A stretch of DNA of 64,000 nt from Tepidisphaera sp. (GTDB taxonomy: Bacteria > Planctomycetota > Phycisphaerae > Phycisphaerales > UBA1924), in NCBI GenBank assembly GCA_050916045.1, contig CP051526.1, forward strand, positions 768,001-832,000. Direction: 5' to 3'. The translations under genes were made by a program, and so were the position numbers. The notes under the pieces are model-generated. The model was not told the origin of the DNA. It ran no database searches and saw nothing but the letters and a program-made list of their open reading frames with translations. This document shows, in pieces, positions 30,075 through 43,800 of this stretch. The first letter of the stretch is position 1, and each line of letters starts with the position of its first letter.

Positions 30075-33000
30075 CTAATCCTCATTCTTGGAGCCCTTGG
30101 TCACGACTTCGTGCGGCAAGCCGAGAATGTCGCACAGACCCCGGCAGCTCTTCGGAGCTTTGGGGAATCGCCCCGCGAGCACACCGTCGATCATCGCGTC
30201 GATCTCGGCCCGAACTCCGTCCTGATCGAGCTTGGAAAGGTCGATCCCGCCTCGTTCGGCGGTGCTGAGAATCCAGTATTCAGCGACGCCCGGCGGCACG
30301 GCACCGCCGCCGTAAGCGTTTGCGAGCGCCATCGAGTAGATCCCCATCTGGAGATCGTCCTTCTTTGGTTCGGTGAGTTTCTTCGTGGGTTTGCCCGTTT
30401 TGTAGTCGACGATCCGGAACTTGCCGTCCGACGTCTGGTCCAGGCGATCGATCTTCGCGGTAACGATGTGGCGTGTGCCGCCGCGTTCATAGCCGAACTT
30501 GAATTCTCGTTCGACCTCCAGCACGTTGGCGGCCGCTGTCGATTCCCGGCTTTCAAGCGTCAAAGCGGCGTCGGCGAGCGCCATCAGTTGAAGCAGGTCG
30601 GCCGGCGGGACATCACGCAGCGGCCCGGCTTCGCGGCGGGCTTCCTCTTCGCAAAGCCGCGCAAGCTCGGCCCGGCCGGGCAGGAACCCTCCCTCGGCTT
30701 CGGCTTCCCGCCGCCGCTCGACGAAGCGCTGCAGCGCGCGATGCACCATGCCGCCGATGTTGAGGCGTTCATCGCGGCGCTCATCCACCCGCATCACGAA
30801 CCGCACGTACCAGCAGCGCGGACAGCATCGGTACTGGTCAACCGAGGAGAAGCTCAGATCCAGCGTCGGGCCCACCGGCTGGAACCGGAACTCGCCCGAA
30901 AGCGACGCCGATTTGCCCTTGGCAAGACTTTCGGCATCCTCACGCCACGCCGGCTCGGCCTGCGCCCAGTCCGGCGTCCGACCCAGACGCGCCGCCGCCG
31001 CGACCGCAAGCCGGCCGGCTGCGAGGCGAAGGTCCGCCGCGATCGCGTCGAGCGATTCGGTCGAAAGCGCCGGCGCATCCGCCGCTTCGAGCGCAAGCGT
31101 CGCCGCTTGCCGCGCCCTCGAACGGGCCCGCGCCAGAACCGCGCCAAAGTCCGCCGACTCGAACGCCGCGAGTGCCCCATCCTCCGCCGCGCCACGGAGC
31201 TTGAGCCCGCACCGGGCGGCCTGCTCGAAGACGTCCGCGCCCGTGCGCACAGTGACGAGCTTGCGCCCCTCCGGTTCGTGCGTGAACTCCTGGAAGTAGT
31301 GCGTGGACTTGCTCCGCGACTTGGTCGCTTTGGCAAGCAGCACCAGCCGCCGCTCAGCCCGCGTGCACGCGACATAGAAGAGCCGACGCTGTTCCGCGCG
31401 ATCCTCGTCGGCTTCGACCGCATCCGATCCGAGGATGGACGCCGGAACCTCCGGCCCGTCGTCCTTGGAGGACTTGCCGAACCCGCCCGTCGGCTGCACA
31501 CGCATCACAAAGACCGTGTCGAACTCAAGCCCCTTCGCGGAGTGCGCTGTCAGAAGCGTCACCGCGTCCGGCGGTGCCGACGGATCGTCCGCATCCGCCG
31601 ACGCATCCAGACGCTCATCCCCCGTCGGCTCAAGCTGCTTCTCGCGCTCGTCGAGGTCGTTGTAGTACGAGAGAAACGCCGCGAGGTCGCCCGGGGGCGA
31701 AAGCCGGCGCTGCCGCTCTCGAGCGAACCGCACCAGCGCGACCAGATCCGCGACGCGACGAGCCCGAGCGTGACCCCCCGCCTGCGCCGGAAGGTCCGCG
31801 TGCGCCGCGTCGATCCGCGTGATGATCTGGAAGATCGCTTCATCCGCCGAGACCGTCCCCGAAAGCTCGGCAAGTTCGCGGTGCCGCTCGAGAGCCCGCC
31901 CGAGACGCTCATCCGTGAGCCCCGCCACGATCATCTCTTCGCCCGCAATCGCCCGTTCCCGCTGATCGCCAAGCCACGCGAAGAACCCGGCCGCCTTGAG
32001 CTTCGCCCCCCCGCGGCGAGCTTCGGTCGCGTACAGCTTCTCCCACGCCGTCACCACCACGGGGTCGAGCGAGTACGGCGGCCGAAGCAGGATTCGTCGG
32101 GCGCTCCACACGTCATCCGGCTGCGCGAGGATCTGCACCCACGCCATCGCGTCCTGCACACCCTCGTCATCCATCGGCGACCTGGCTCGCTGCCGCCGCA
32201 CCGGCACACCTTCGAGCTCGAGCGCCGCCGCCGCGTGGTCCAGATGCCCGTGCGTCGTCGCGAGCACGGCGTAGCTGCTCCACGGCCTCGTCGGATGCGA
32301 CACGCGATCCGAGAGGATTATCGCCGCGATCGCCGAAGCGTCCTTGTCGTTCTCGTCCACCGCCACGCATTCGACCGACCCGGGCTCGGTGTGCTTGCCC
32401 GCCGCCACGACCTCCTTGTCCGGGGCGAAACGCGAAGCCGCGAGCGAGATGATGCGATTCGCCGCCGCGACCACCTCCGGCGTGCTCCGGTAGTTCTCCG
32501 TCAGCCGGACCTCGCCCGCGTGCGAGTAGGCTTTCTTGAAGTGCGCGAACGCGCGGTCGTCGGCCCCGCGGAACGCGTAGATCGACTGGTCGTCATCGCC
32601 CACGACGCAGACATCGGCTTTCTTGCCAGGCGCGAGCTGCTTGAGCAGGGCGAGCTGCGCCGGGTTGCTGTCCTGGAACTCATCGACGATGAAGTACCGA
32701 TACTCATCGCGGCAGATCGCTGTCGCCCGCCCGTCCTTTTTCAAAAGCCGGATCGGAAGGGTGATCAGGTCGCCGAAGGAAAGCCATCCATGATCGCGGC
32801 GGGCCCGCTCGAACGCTTCGTAGAGCTTGGCCTGATCGAGAAACGTCTCCGCGCGGGCGATTTCGGCTTTCGCATCCTCTTCGTCGGATCGCCGTGCTTC
32901 ATCCACCCACGCTTTGCCACGCGTGACCGCTTCCGCCGGTTCCACCGCGTGATCCTGCAGAATGCTCATGACGCCCATCGCCGACGCGATCGCCGAATCT

Positions 33001-33407
33001 CGCCCGGCCGCGATCGAATCCTGAAAAAGGCGAAGATCGTGCACCAGCTCCCGCAAAAGCCGTTTGGTCTGGGCCGAATCGATCAGGTCCGGCGACGCCG
33101 GCAGCCCCAGCGCATCCCCGAATCGCCGCAGAAGCCGCATGCCAAGCCCGTGGAACGTGTGCACGTTCACGCCGTCCGCCGCTCCCGGCGAAACCAGATC
33201 CGCAAGCCTTGAGCGAAGCTGCTGCGCCGCTTTCACGGTGTAGGTCACGGCGACCACCGTCTCGGGCCGCTCACCCTGATCGATCAGCCACTTGATGCGG
33301 TGCGCGATGACCCGCGTCTTGCCGGTCCCGGGCCCGGCGAGCACGATGAGCGGCCCCCCGGACCATGTCGCGGCGCGTTGTTGTGCGGCGTTCAGTTGGT
33401 CGGCCAT
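30075..33407 (-). CDS. UvrD/REP-family helicase fused to C-terminal PD-(D/E)XK nuclease
   Basis: AGPGTGKT, VDEFQD, GDDDQSIY, NYRS, HSAKGLEF, YVACTRA; KIDRLD...IVDYKTG, QMGIY. Confidence 0.92.
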   Translation of the reverse strand: MADQLNAAQQRAATWSGGPLIVLAGPGTGKTRVIAHRIKWLIDQGERPETVVAVTYTVKAAQQLRSRLADLVSPGAADGVNVHTFHGLGMRLLRRFGDALGLPASPDLIDSAQTKRLLRELVHDLRLFQDSIAAGRDSAIASAMGVMSILQDHAVEPAEAVTRGKAWVDEARRSDEEDAKAEIARAETFLDQAKLYEAFERARRDHGWLSFGDLITLPIRLLKKDGRATAICRDEYRYFIVDEFQDSNPAQLALLKQLAPGKKADVCVVGDDDQSIYAFRGADDRAFAHFKKAYSHAGEVRLTENYRSTPEVVAAANRIISLAASRFAPDKEVVAAGKHTEPGSVECVAVDENDKDASAIAAIILSDRVSHPTRPWSSYAVLATTHGHLDHAAAALELEGVPVRRQRARSPMDDEGVQDAMAWVQILAQPDDVWSARRILLRPPYSLDPVVVTAWEKLYATEARRGGAKLKAAGFFAWLGDQRERAIAGEEMIVAGLTDERLGRALERHRELAELSGTVSADEAIFQIITRIDAAHADLPAQAGGHARARRVADLVALVRFARERQRRLSPPGDLAAFLSYYNDLDEREKQLEPTGDERLDASADADDPSAPPDAVTLLTAHSAKGLEFDTVFVMRVQPTGGFGKSSKDDGPEVPASILGSDAVEADEDRAEQRRLFYVACTRAERRLVLLAKATKSRSKSTHYFQEFTHEPEGRKLVTVRTGADVFEQAARCGLKLRGAAEDGALAAFESADFGAVLARARSRARQAATLALEAADAPALSTESLDAIAADLRLAAGRLAVAAAARLGRTPDWAQAEPAWREDAESLAKGKSASLSGEFRFQPVGPTLDLSFSSVDQYRCCPRCWYVRFVMRVDERRDERLNIGGMVHRALQRFVERRREAEAEGGFLPGRAELARLCEEEARREAGPLRDVPPADLLQLMALADAALTLESRESTAAANVLEVEREFKFGYERGGTRHIVTAKIDRLDQTSDGKFRIVDYKTGKPTKKLTEPKKDDLQMGIYSMALANAYGGGAVPPGVAEYWILSTAERGGIDLSKLDQDGVRAEIDAMIDGVLAGRFPKAPKSCRGLCDILGLPHEVVTKGSKNED

Positions 33408-33430
33408 GGCTCCCCCTTCCAGCATCACTG

Positions 33431-34282
33431 TCAGGCTTTGGGCGCGGCTTTCATGTACAGGTGCACCGCCATCCCGGTGTACTCGTGCGTCTCGGGCCCG
33501 CGGGCGCCGTTCATCTTGAGGTCGACGGGCTCGCGGCGATTGGGAACCTCCGGCTCGCCCGCTTCCTCGACGGTTTCGATCACTTCGTCGCCCTCATCAC
33601 CGCCGGCGACGGCGCGGTCGAACTCGGCTTCGATCTCGTCCGCGCTAAGCCAGACCCCGCCGGATTCCGCACGCTCGCGTCCTCGCCGGCGGCCCTGTTC
33701 GTCATCCTGCTCCGTCGGGCGCGATGGCTTGCGCCCGCGTTTGCCCTTGGGCTTCTCCTCGGGCAGCACGGGCGTGCCGTCGGGCGCAAACTCATGGAAA
33801 AGCGGCCACGGCGTGCGGAGCGCCGCGTACCCGGTGTCATCCAACATCGCGATCAGCCGCTCGAACTGTCCCTTGATCCGCGACCATGCCGCCGGATCGC
33901 GCACCATCGCGTACGGCGGATCGAAGAAAACCAGATGCACCGGACGCGGGCAGCGTGCGAGGGCGCCCGGCCCAAGGGCGTCGCCGTTCACGAGGTCGAC
34001 TTTGTCCTGGCAGCCCAGCGTCGCCGTGTTGCGCTCGAGATACTTGAAGATCTCGCGGTCGCGCTCGACCATCACGACCCGTGAAGCACCCCGGCTCACG
34101 GCTTCCAATCCGACCGACCCGACGCCTGAGAACGCTTCGAAGACCGTCGCGCCCTCGCAATGCCCTCGAAGAATCTGGAAAAGGGACTCACGCACCCGAT
34201 CTGGGAACGGGCGTGTGGTCTCCGCGTCGGGCGGGGTCTCGAGAAGTCTGCGGCGGTACTGGCCGGAAATGATGCGGAGCAT
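33431..34282 (-). CDS. rsmD: 16S rRNA m2G966 methyltransferase
   Basis: MLRIISG, TRP.PDRVRESLF, FSGVGSVGLEAVSRGA, FFDPPY. Confidence 0.88.
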   Translation of the reverse strand: MLRIISGQYRRRLLETPPDAETTRPFPDRVRESLFQILRGHCEGATVFEAFSGVGSVGLEAVSRGASRVVMVERDREIFKYLERNTATLGCQDKVDLVNGDALGPGALARCPRPVHLVFFDPPYAMVRDPAAWSRIKGQFERLIAMLDDTGYAALRTPWPLFHEFAPDGTPVLPEEKPKGKRGRKPSRPTEQDDEQGRRRGRERAESGGVWLSADEIEAEFDRAVAGGDEGDEVIETVEEAGEPEVPNRREPVDLKMNGARGPETHEYTGMAVHLYMKAAPKA

Positions 34283-34488
34283 TCCGCACAGTATCCGGAT
34301 CGTGTACGGGGTTCTTGGTCCCTCTTCACCCGGCGGCTACTATGCGGCCGACTCCCCCCGATCGACGGCCGGGCCCGGTGCACGGAAGGCCCGTGAACCT
34401 GGTCAGGGCTTGACCGCAGCAGCCATAAGCGGCGTCGTCCGGGTCGCCGGCAACCTGGCCGTCGATCGCGGGGAGTCGGTGAAGAACC

Positions 34489-34529
34489 AAAAAGAGCCGC
34501 GACCCGACGGTCGCGGCTCCTTTGTTTTT
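34489..34529. terminator. intrinsic terminator, probably bidirectional
   Basis: gagccgcgacc-cgac-ggtcgcggctc flanked by A and T runs. Confidence 0.75.
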
Positions 34530-34551
34530 CTAGGTCCGACGCGGGCAAGCG

Positions 34552-34989
34552 TCAAAGGCCGAGCTTGCGGCACATCCGCGTCAGAATCCCGCGGCAGAGA
34601 GCTTCCTCGTTGATCGGGCTCTTCCAGATCGTGACGCGGGTGACCCCGTCGCCGGCCTTCACCCGGACGGTCGCGCGCGGGTAGTCGTTGGCCCGCGGCG
34701 CAAGCCCGACGACCTCGCCGCTGAGTTCGCCGCCGGTGTTGCTCAGAATCGAGTACCCCTGATCTCGGAACTGCTCCTCGGCCGCCGCGAGCGCCGAAGC
34801 CACGCTCACGGTGGCCGGCAGATCCGCCGTCAGCTCAATCCCCGAGTACCGGCCCACCACGTTGCTCTGCCCGTGGGTTCGATAGGTCGGGTTGCAGCCG
34901 GTCAGTCCGGCGATGGCGATGGCGGCCGAAGCGATGGCGACGACCAAATACCCCTTGTTTCGGTGGAATGACTTGGTGTGGAAGGACAT
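34552..34989 (-). CDS. hypothetical lipoprotein (DUF3568-like)
   Basis: LTGC lipobox; AGGAG upstream. Confidence 0.7.
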   Translation of the reverse strand: MSFHTKSFHRNKGYLVVAIASAAIAIAGLTGCNPTYRTHGQSNVVGRYSGIELTADLPATVSVASALAAAEEQFRDQGYSILSNTGGELSGEVVGLAPRANDYPRATVRVKAGDGVTRVTIWKSPINEEALCRGILTRMCRKLGL

Positions 34990-35205
34990 CAGTTGCTCCT
35001 GAGCGATCGTTGGTTCAAAAAGATGGGAGCCCCGAGGGAGAGCGGCCCTGCCTCATCATAGTTGTTCCGGACGGGGAGTAGGGTGGCGGCTTGATCGGGG
35101 GCGGGAGGGGGCCTTTGATTCCCCCCCTGGTCGGAGATCCCGCCACGTTCAGGGTTTGTTCGAGTTTCACCGGCGGAGGCTAGTTGGAATGGCAGCGAGG
35201 TATGC

Positions 35206-35418
35206 ATGGCGATTCGCGTGAAGGGCCGCAGCGGTGAAGGGCACGAGGGCTTGATGCGTCGGTTCAAGAAACTCTGCGAAAAAGAGGGTCTGAACAAGGA
35301 CGTCAAGCGCAAGGAATTCTACGAGAAGCCCTCGGAGCGCCGCCGCCGCGCCGCTCGCAAGAGCGTCAATCGTCGCGACAAGGACGATTTCGCGCCCCGT
35401 TTCCAAGACCGCATGTAA
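35206..35418 (+). CDS. rpsU: 30S ribosomal protein S21
   Basis: LMRRFKKLCEKEG...EFYEKPSERRR. Confidence 0.95.
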   Translation: MAIRVKGRSGEGHEGLMRRFKKLCEKEGLNKDVKRKEFYEKPSERRRRAARKSVNRRDKDDFAPRFQDRM

Positions 35419-35614
35419 ACCGCCAGCCGCGGCGATATTCGCCCGCGGTGGTTTTCTTTTTTGATTTCGCGCGGGTCGTTCGACCGCAGGCGCGCAATCC
35501 CCCCACGGTCCCAGTCCATCCAATCCAGTATGCTGGTGCGGCTTTGCTGCCGGAACTTTCGCCGCACCTTGACGCGTTGACCGATGCCGGTTCTCGCTCG
35601 TGAGGAGTCCCCCG

Positions 35615-38296
<2,682 letters not shown>

Positions 38297-38325
38297 ACGG
38301 CCGCCGCGACCTGACTGAAACCACG

Positions 38326-38359
38326 AAAGCCCGCTTCATTCGAAGCGGGCTTTTTCTTT
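38326..38359. terminator. intrinsic terminator between convergent genes
   Basis: aaagcccgcttc-attc-gaagcgggcttttt. Confidence 0.85.
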
Positions 38360-38371
38360 GGCCGTGATGGG

Positions 38372-39274
38372 TCAGTTCGCGAGATCCTGCTGAATCGAGT
38401 CCGGCGAATCGAGTTCTCCGTCCGCCGCGGAGCCGGCGTTGGCTTGCCACATCCGCTCCATCACTCGCATCCCGGGCCAGAAGTTCTCGGCGTTCATCTG
38501 CATGGAGAAGAACGCTTTCTCATCACCAACGCGGAAGAGATGGAACCAGCCCTGATCGGCCGCGAGGCGATCGATCTCGGAGTGCGGGATCGAACGATGC
38601 TTGTACTTGCCCTTCTTCGGAATCACGTGCGTCTGGGTCAGCGACATGGCACCCCACGCGATGGACTCGCCCGCGAGCAGCCGGTCGACCCAGCGGTCCG
38701 CGATGGTGTCGGCGATGATCATCTTGACGACGTCGAGCTCGTCTTCGCCCTGAAAGTTCCGCCCCATCGAGAAGAAGGAGAAGCCCTTGGATTTCTCCTT
38801 GTGCGTCCCGTTCCAGCGGATCCGGCGTTTCTCCGCGTCGCGAAGCGTGATGACCAGCGTCGTTCCGGCGTAGATCCCGTTCACGTACTGCCGCGTGAGC
38901 TCATATCGGAAACTGGTGCACGCGTCGTATCGCATCGACTGCAGGAGTTTCCCCCGGCGGTAAACGACGACGCCGAACTCACGAAACTCGAAGGTGCGGA
39001 GGAGGCGGAGGACGATCCAGACCGACAAGGCCGCCAAGCCGGCGGCGGCGAGCGCGAAGACGATCGCGGTTTGTCGATCGCGGGGCGTGTTGAGCGAGAG
39101 CGCTGCCCACGCCAGCAGACTCGCGATCACAACCGCGATGAACGCCAACACCCAGGCGACCACGGTCCCGCGACGGGTCGCGATCAGAGCGCCGAACTCA
39201 ACGTCTGGAGCAGACTCCGTCTGAGAGGGGGCTTTCCCGGGGCCGGGCTGGTTTTTCAAGGGCTCAATCTTCAC
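38372..39274 (-). CDS. hypothetical 2-TM membrane protein (DUF6585-like)
   Basis: Two TM segments, TRQYVNGIYAGT motif. Confidence 0.7.
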   Translation of the reverse strand: MKIEPLKNQPGPGKAPSQTESAPDVEFGALIATRRGTVVAWVLAFIAVVIASLLAWAALSLNTPRDRQTAIVFALAAAGLAALSVWIVLRLLRTFEFREFGVVVYRRGKLLQSMRYDACTSFRYELTRQYVNGIYAGTTLVITLRDAEKRRIRWNGTHKEKSKGFSFFSMGRNFQGEDELDVVKMIIADTIADRWVDRLLAGESIAWGAMSLTQTHVIPKKGKYKHRSIPHSEIDRLAADQGWFHLFRVGDEKAFFSMQMNAENFWPGMRVMERMWQANAGSAADGELDSPDSIQQDLAN

Positions 39275-39293
39275 GGCACCCCTCGGCCAAGGC

Positions 39294-40769
39294 TTAACCC
39301 GCGGTCTTCGCCAGCCCGCGCTCGATGCACGCGAACACGCGAGCCCAGTCTTCTTTCTTGAAGACCGGGAGCGGCGGGAGCATGCGGATGTGGTACGGGC
39401 TGTGACCGCAGTAGAAGACGATCGCGCCCTCGTCGAAGATGTGCTTGCACGCCTGCGTGATCTTGTCCTTCTTGCCGCCGAAGGGCGTGAACTTCATCAT
39501 GCCGCCGACGCCGCCCGAGATCTCGTGCTCATAGCCGAGCGAATCGCTGATCTTGGGGAACCACTCGGGGTGCTTGGCCGCGAGGGCTTGTACCTGCGTG
39601 CGGAACTCGGCGTGGTGCTGAGCGAACGTGCCCTGCTCGCCGTAGTACGTCGAAGCCCCGTCGCGCAGCTTCTCGACGATCCGGCGGCCGACGCGGAAGC
39701 TCGGTCCTTCGCCCGTGAACGTCCCGCTGAGCAGGCCCGGCTTGGGGTTGTACTCCTCGGTGAAGAGGGTCACGCATGCTTGCGTCATCTTGCCCACGCA
39801 GAAGACGTCGACGTAGTCGCCCAGGTCAAAGTACTCGTACGCGAACATCTGCGGCGAGCGGCCCCAGGTCTGGATCTCATCGTCCCAGATCGCGACGCGG
39901 CGGGCCCGGCAGACATCCATCAGGGCTTTGAAGTAGTCGCGCTGACCGACGTTGAACCCGCCCTCGCCCTGCATCATCTCGAAGATGAAGCAGGCGTGCT
40001 GGTTGGGATACCGGTCCAGGTACTGCGTCAGGTGCCAGACGGAGAGGTCGATGTACCGCTTGGCGCCCATGGCTTTGTACTGAGCCAGGTCGAAGAAGGG
40101 CATGTAGTCGACCAGGGTGGACAGCGGGACGCCCTGGCGGTAGTCGGAGGTGTCGCCGATCTGGCACATGGTGATCGACCGGCCCATGAAGCAGTCCTTG
40201 AAGGCGATCACGCGGCTGGCCGGAGCGTGCTTCTGGTAGCAGACCTTCAGAGCGTTTTCGTTGGCCATCGCGCCGCTGGTAGCGATGTAGGAGTACTTGA
40301 GGCGGCTGTGCTTCTTGGCTTCGTTGAGAAGCACCTCGGCGAACTCGAAAGCGTCGAAGTTGGACTGGAGGTTGCCGCTCTTGACGGTGTCGTCGAGCGA
40401 TCCGATCAGCGACTCCTCGATCAGGTCCGGGTCGGAGTGGCCGAAGAAGTGAACGCCGATGCCGCCGATCATGTCCCACTTGACGGAGCCGTCGAGCAGT
40501 TCGACGAGGGCTCCGTTGCCCAGCCCGCTCCCGATGTACGGGTAGAGCAGGCCGCGGCCGCGCACGTCTGCCGCCCGCTTCATGAGCGTGTCGTACGACT
40601 CCTTCAGGCCGGGGTTGGCCGAGCGGATGTCGGTGATCTGTGCGGAGGCGGATCGCACCTCGCCGACCAACGTCTGGATCGCGGCCCGCACGGCGGGCTT
40701 TGCGCGAAGCTGCTGCCCGAGCGTGGTGGAGGGGCTGGCGGTGGAAGCGGTCGGGGTGGGGGTGCTCAT
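39294..40769 (-). CDS. class III PLP-dependent aminotransferase
   Basis: SGAMANENALK, FEMMQGEGG, DDEIQT, VGKM (PLP Lys), GTF. Confidence 0.9.
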   Translation of the reverse strand: MSTPTPTASTASPSTTLGQQLRAKPAVRAAIQTLVGEVRSASAQITDIRSANPGLKESYDTLMKRAADVRGRGLLYPYIGSGLGNGALVELLDGSVKWDMIGGIGVHFFGHSDPDLIEESLIGSLDDTVKSGNLQSNFDAFEFAEVLLNEAKKHSRLKYSYIATSGAMANENALKVCYQKHAPASRVIAFKDCFMGRSITMCQIGDTSDYRQGVPLSTLVDYMPFFDLAQYKAMGAKRYIDLSVWHLTQYLDRYPNQHACFIFEMMQGEGGFNVGQRDYFKALMDVCRARRVAIWDDEIQTWGRSPQMFAYEYFDLGDYVDVFCVGKMTQACVTLFTEEYNPKPGLLSGTFTGEGPSFRVGRRIVEKLRDGASTYYGEQGTFAQHHAEFRTQVQALAAKHPEWFPKISDSLGYEHEISGGVGGMMKFTPFGGKKDKITQACKHIFDEGAIVFYCGHSPYHIRMLPPLPVFKKEDWARVFACIERGLAKTAG

Positions 40770-40893
40770 GCGGAAGGATAGATCGGTCGTTTCACCCGCA
40801 GAGGCTCAGTTGGGGCAGTCCCGCGCGGCGAAACACCGAGGCGGACGGCCCGAGGGGCCCGCCAGCGGCGTCATCGTGCGCTCGAATCCGGGA

Positions 40894-43800
40894 TTACCGG
40901 GCTGGTTCGGCGGGGTTCGCCGCTCCGGCCGGAGCTTTGGACCGGGAGATGAACCGGAGATCCCGCTCGCAGGTGTCGATGACCTTCTGCGAAAGATCGG
41001 AGTAGGCGTTCCATTCCTGGGGCGGGTGAAGGCCGGGCAGGTCCTCGAACCGAAGCGTGCGCACGATCGTGGGGATCGGCGAGGCTCCCTCGGCTTCTCG
41101 CGTGGTCCATTCCACGCGGCCGTCGCCGGCGGCTGTCCGCGACTCGAACACGCCAGGGAGCGATGCCGCGACCAGGCTTTCCTCGCACCGCACCCGGGTT
41201 TCGGACTCAAACCGCCAGCGGATGAGCCTTACCGGCGCGATGCGGCCCGGAACGGCGTCGACGGGCACGCGGGCGTGCTCGAACGCCATCGGGACGCGCC
41301 CCGCGAGAGCGTCTCCATCCCTGCGGAACGCGCCGGGGATCTCATAGCTGACCAGGACGATCAGACTGTCATCTTTGCGAGCCCCCGTGGCGATCGCGTC
41401 GAGCCGCTCGAATCGGAGCGAACTGACGATGGCCGGCTTGCCGCTGGATCCAAGCCAGTCGGCGAAGACGTTGGTGCGTTCGTCGGGGGGCATCGAGCTC
41501 AGGCGGGACCGGTAGCTGACGCTGTCGCGTCCGGCGATCTCGATGCGTTCTTCGATCCGTGCTTTGCCGTCGGCCAGAATGAGGACGTCGCGCGAGATGA
41601 ATACCCCCTCGGCGGGGGCGTCGCGGAGCGGGACATCGACGAGGCGGGGCTCGGCCGGGTCGAGGACGAGCGCGGCTTTGGGAGCCATCGACCCGTGGCC
41701 CTGCAGCGCCGCGTCCAGGTCATCGCTGGTCGTGTCGAGGAACGTCCCGCCGGATTGTGTGCCGGGAGCGTGCAGGTCGGGCACATACACCACCATGTGG
41801 TCAAAGGCGTTGCGGTGGGGGATGTCCGCCAGCGGCGGAAGGCCGAAGGAATACAGCGCGAGATGGGCTTTGATCCCGGCTTGATTCAGAAGCGAGTGGA
41901 GCAGGACGGAGTGGTCCTTGCAGTCGCCGAACTTCGTGCGGAGCGTGTCGTCTGGAGCGCGTGGGATGTACGCTCGCGGACCGAACGTGACCGCGCGGTA
42001 CGCCAACGTCCGCTGGACGTACGCCGAGATCCGATGGACTCGCTCGGCAAGAGGGAGAGACGCATCCGCCGCGGGGATCGCCTCCTGAACGGCTTGGGTC
42101 GGCGCGGGTGCTTCGAGGCAGGCTTTGATCTCGGCGAGATACTCAAGCCCGACGGCTTTCCAGCTCTTGCCTGTGGGGCCGTAGATCGCGAAGCGGTCCC
42201 ACTCAAAGCGCAGCGCGGAAGCGGGTTCGGATCGGAACGCCGGGATCGCGGAAACGGAGAACGCGACGCCCGTGTCGCGCTGGTCGACCTTGACGTCTCC
42301 CATGAGCTTCCAGATCAGGTGATCCTTGATCGGGGCGGGCGTCTCAATCCAGAGAAGCTTGACGGCGGCCGGAGCGGATGAACCGAACCACATCGATCCA
42401 TAGTCAATCTCGGTCATCGGGGCGAGTGTCTCGTACGTGACGAGGACCTCGATTGTCGATCCGGCCGTCAAGCCCGTCGCGGGGAGCACAAGCGTCTTGT
42501 CATCGGACGCTTCGCCCGACTCGGCATCGGTGACGTAGTAGGTCGCGGGATCGCCTTCGGTCACCTTTCCTTGCGGGTCGATGACTCTGAAGGTGTTGAC
42601 GGCGATCCGCTCGCGAGCGGGCTCGAAGTCGAAGCTCATCGTGCTGAGCTCATCCACGCCGGCCCGCGTCACCGCTTTCTGGCGGATCAGGATGCTCGTG
42701 CGAAGGGGAGAGCCGGGGGTGAACGCGACGGCGCGGGCGCTGACATCGACGAGGACGGGGGAGTCCGCCGCGGGCGGCGGGCTGGAGGGCTTGAGAAGGT
42801 CTTCCGGGATCGAGACGGGCTGGATGCCCTTGGCGATCAGGGAGCGGTCACCCTGGCCGAGGGCCCGCGTCGCGCTGGCGAGATCCTCGCGGATGGTCTT
42901 GTTGCCCGGGAGTTTCTGGAGAGCGGATTCGAAGGAATCGCGAGCCTGCCCGAACCATCCCAGGGCCATCTCCGCGCGGCCGCGGCGGACGAGCAGGCCG
43001 GCGCTCCCCGGTTCGCGTTCCAGCATTTTCACGGAGAACTCGCGGGCTTCGGAGAAGCGATCAAACTCAAGAAGGAGGTCGATGTACGGCCAGAGAGCCA
43101 CCCAGTTGGTCGGGGTCGCTTCCGCGGCGGGCTTGAGCATCGCCAGCGCTTCGTCGAGGTTTCCCTTGCGAGCGATCGCTCCGGCTTTCTCGCCGATGAA
43201 GGTCTGGGGGTCGCCGGCGGCGAGGGTATCGATGGCTTTGAGAACATCGTCATGCCGGTCCGCGGCGGAGAGAAGCTCGAGGTACGCCGAGAGGACTTCG
43301 TCATCGCGGCGCCCGGTTGCGAAGTAACGCTGGTACGCGGCTTCCGCGCCGGCCGCGTCGCCGGCGGCGCCGCGAAGGCGGGCTTCGACGACCATTCTCG
43401 CGGCGGCGGCCTTGGCGTCCTTCGGGCCGGGGACTTTCTGGAGCAGCGCGACGGCTTGCCGGTACTGTCCGAGCTCTTCGAGAAGCTCAAGCGTCCCGTC
43501 GACGAGGTCGTGGTCCTCGGGGATGTACTCGACGGCTTTGAGGTAGAGCGGCAGAGCTCCCTGACTGTCGTCGTCGGCGCTCCTGAGGTTGGCGATCGTG
43601 CCGATGATCACGCCGTGTGCGATGCGTTCGCCGCTGGTGAGCTCGGACGCGGGTGCTTGCGGAGGGAACTGTGCGGGCGCGGGCAGGAGCTCGACGCCCG
43701 CGATGAGCTTTTCGGTGAGGCTTTGCTGATGTTCGGGAACGACCGACCAAGCTTGGACGAAGAGCACGATTGGGCCGCGGAAGATGACGACGTTTGTTCC

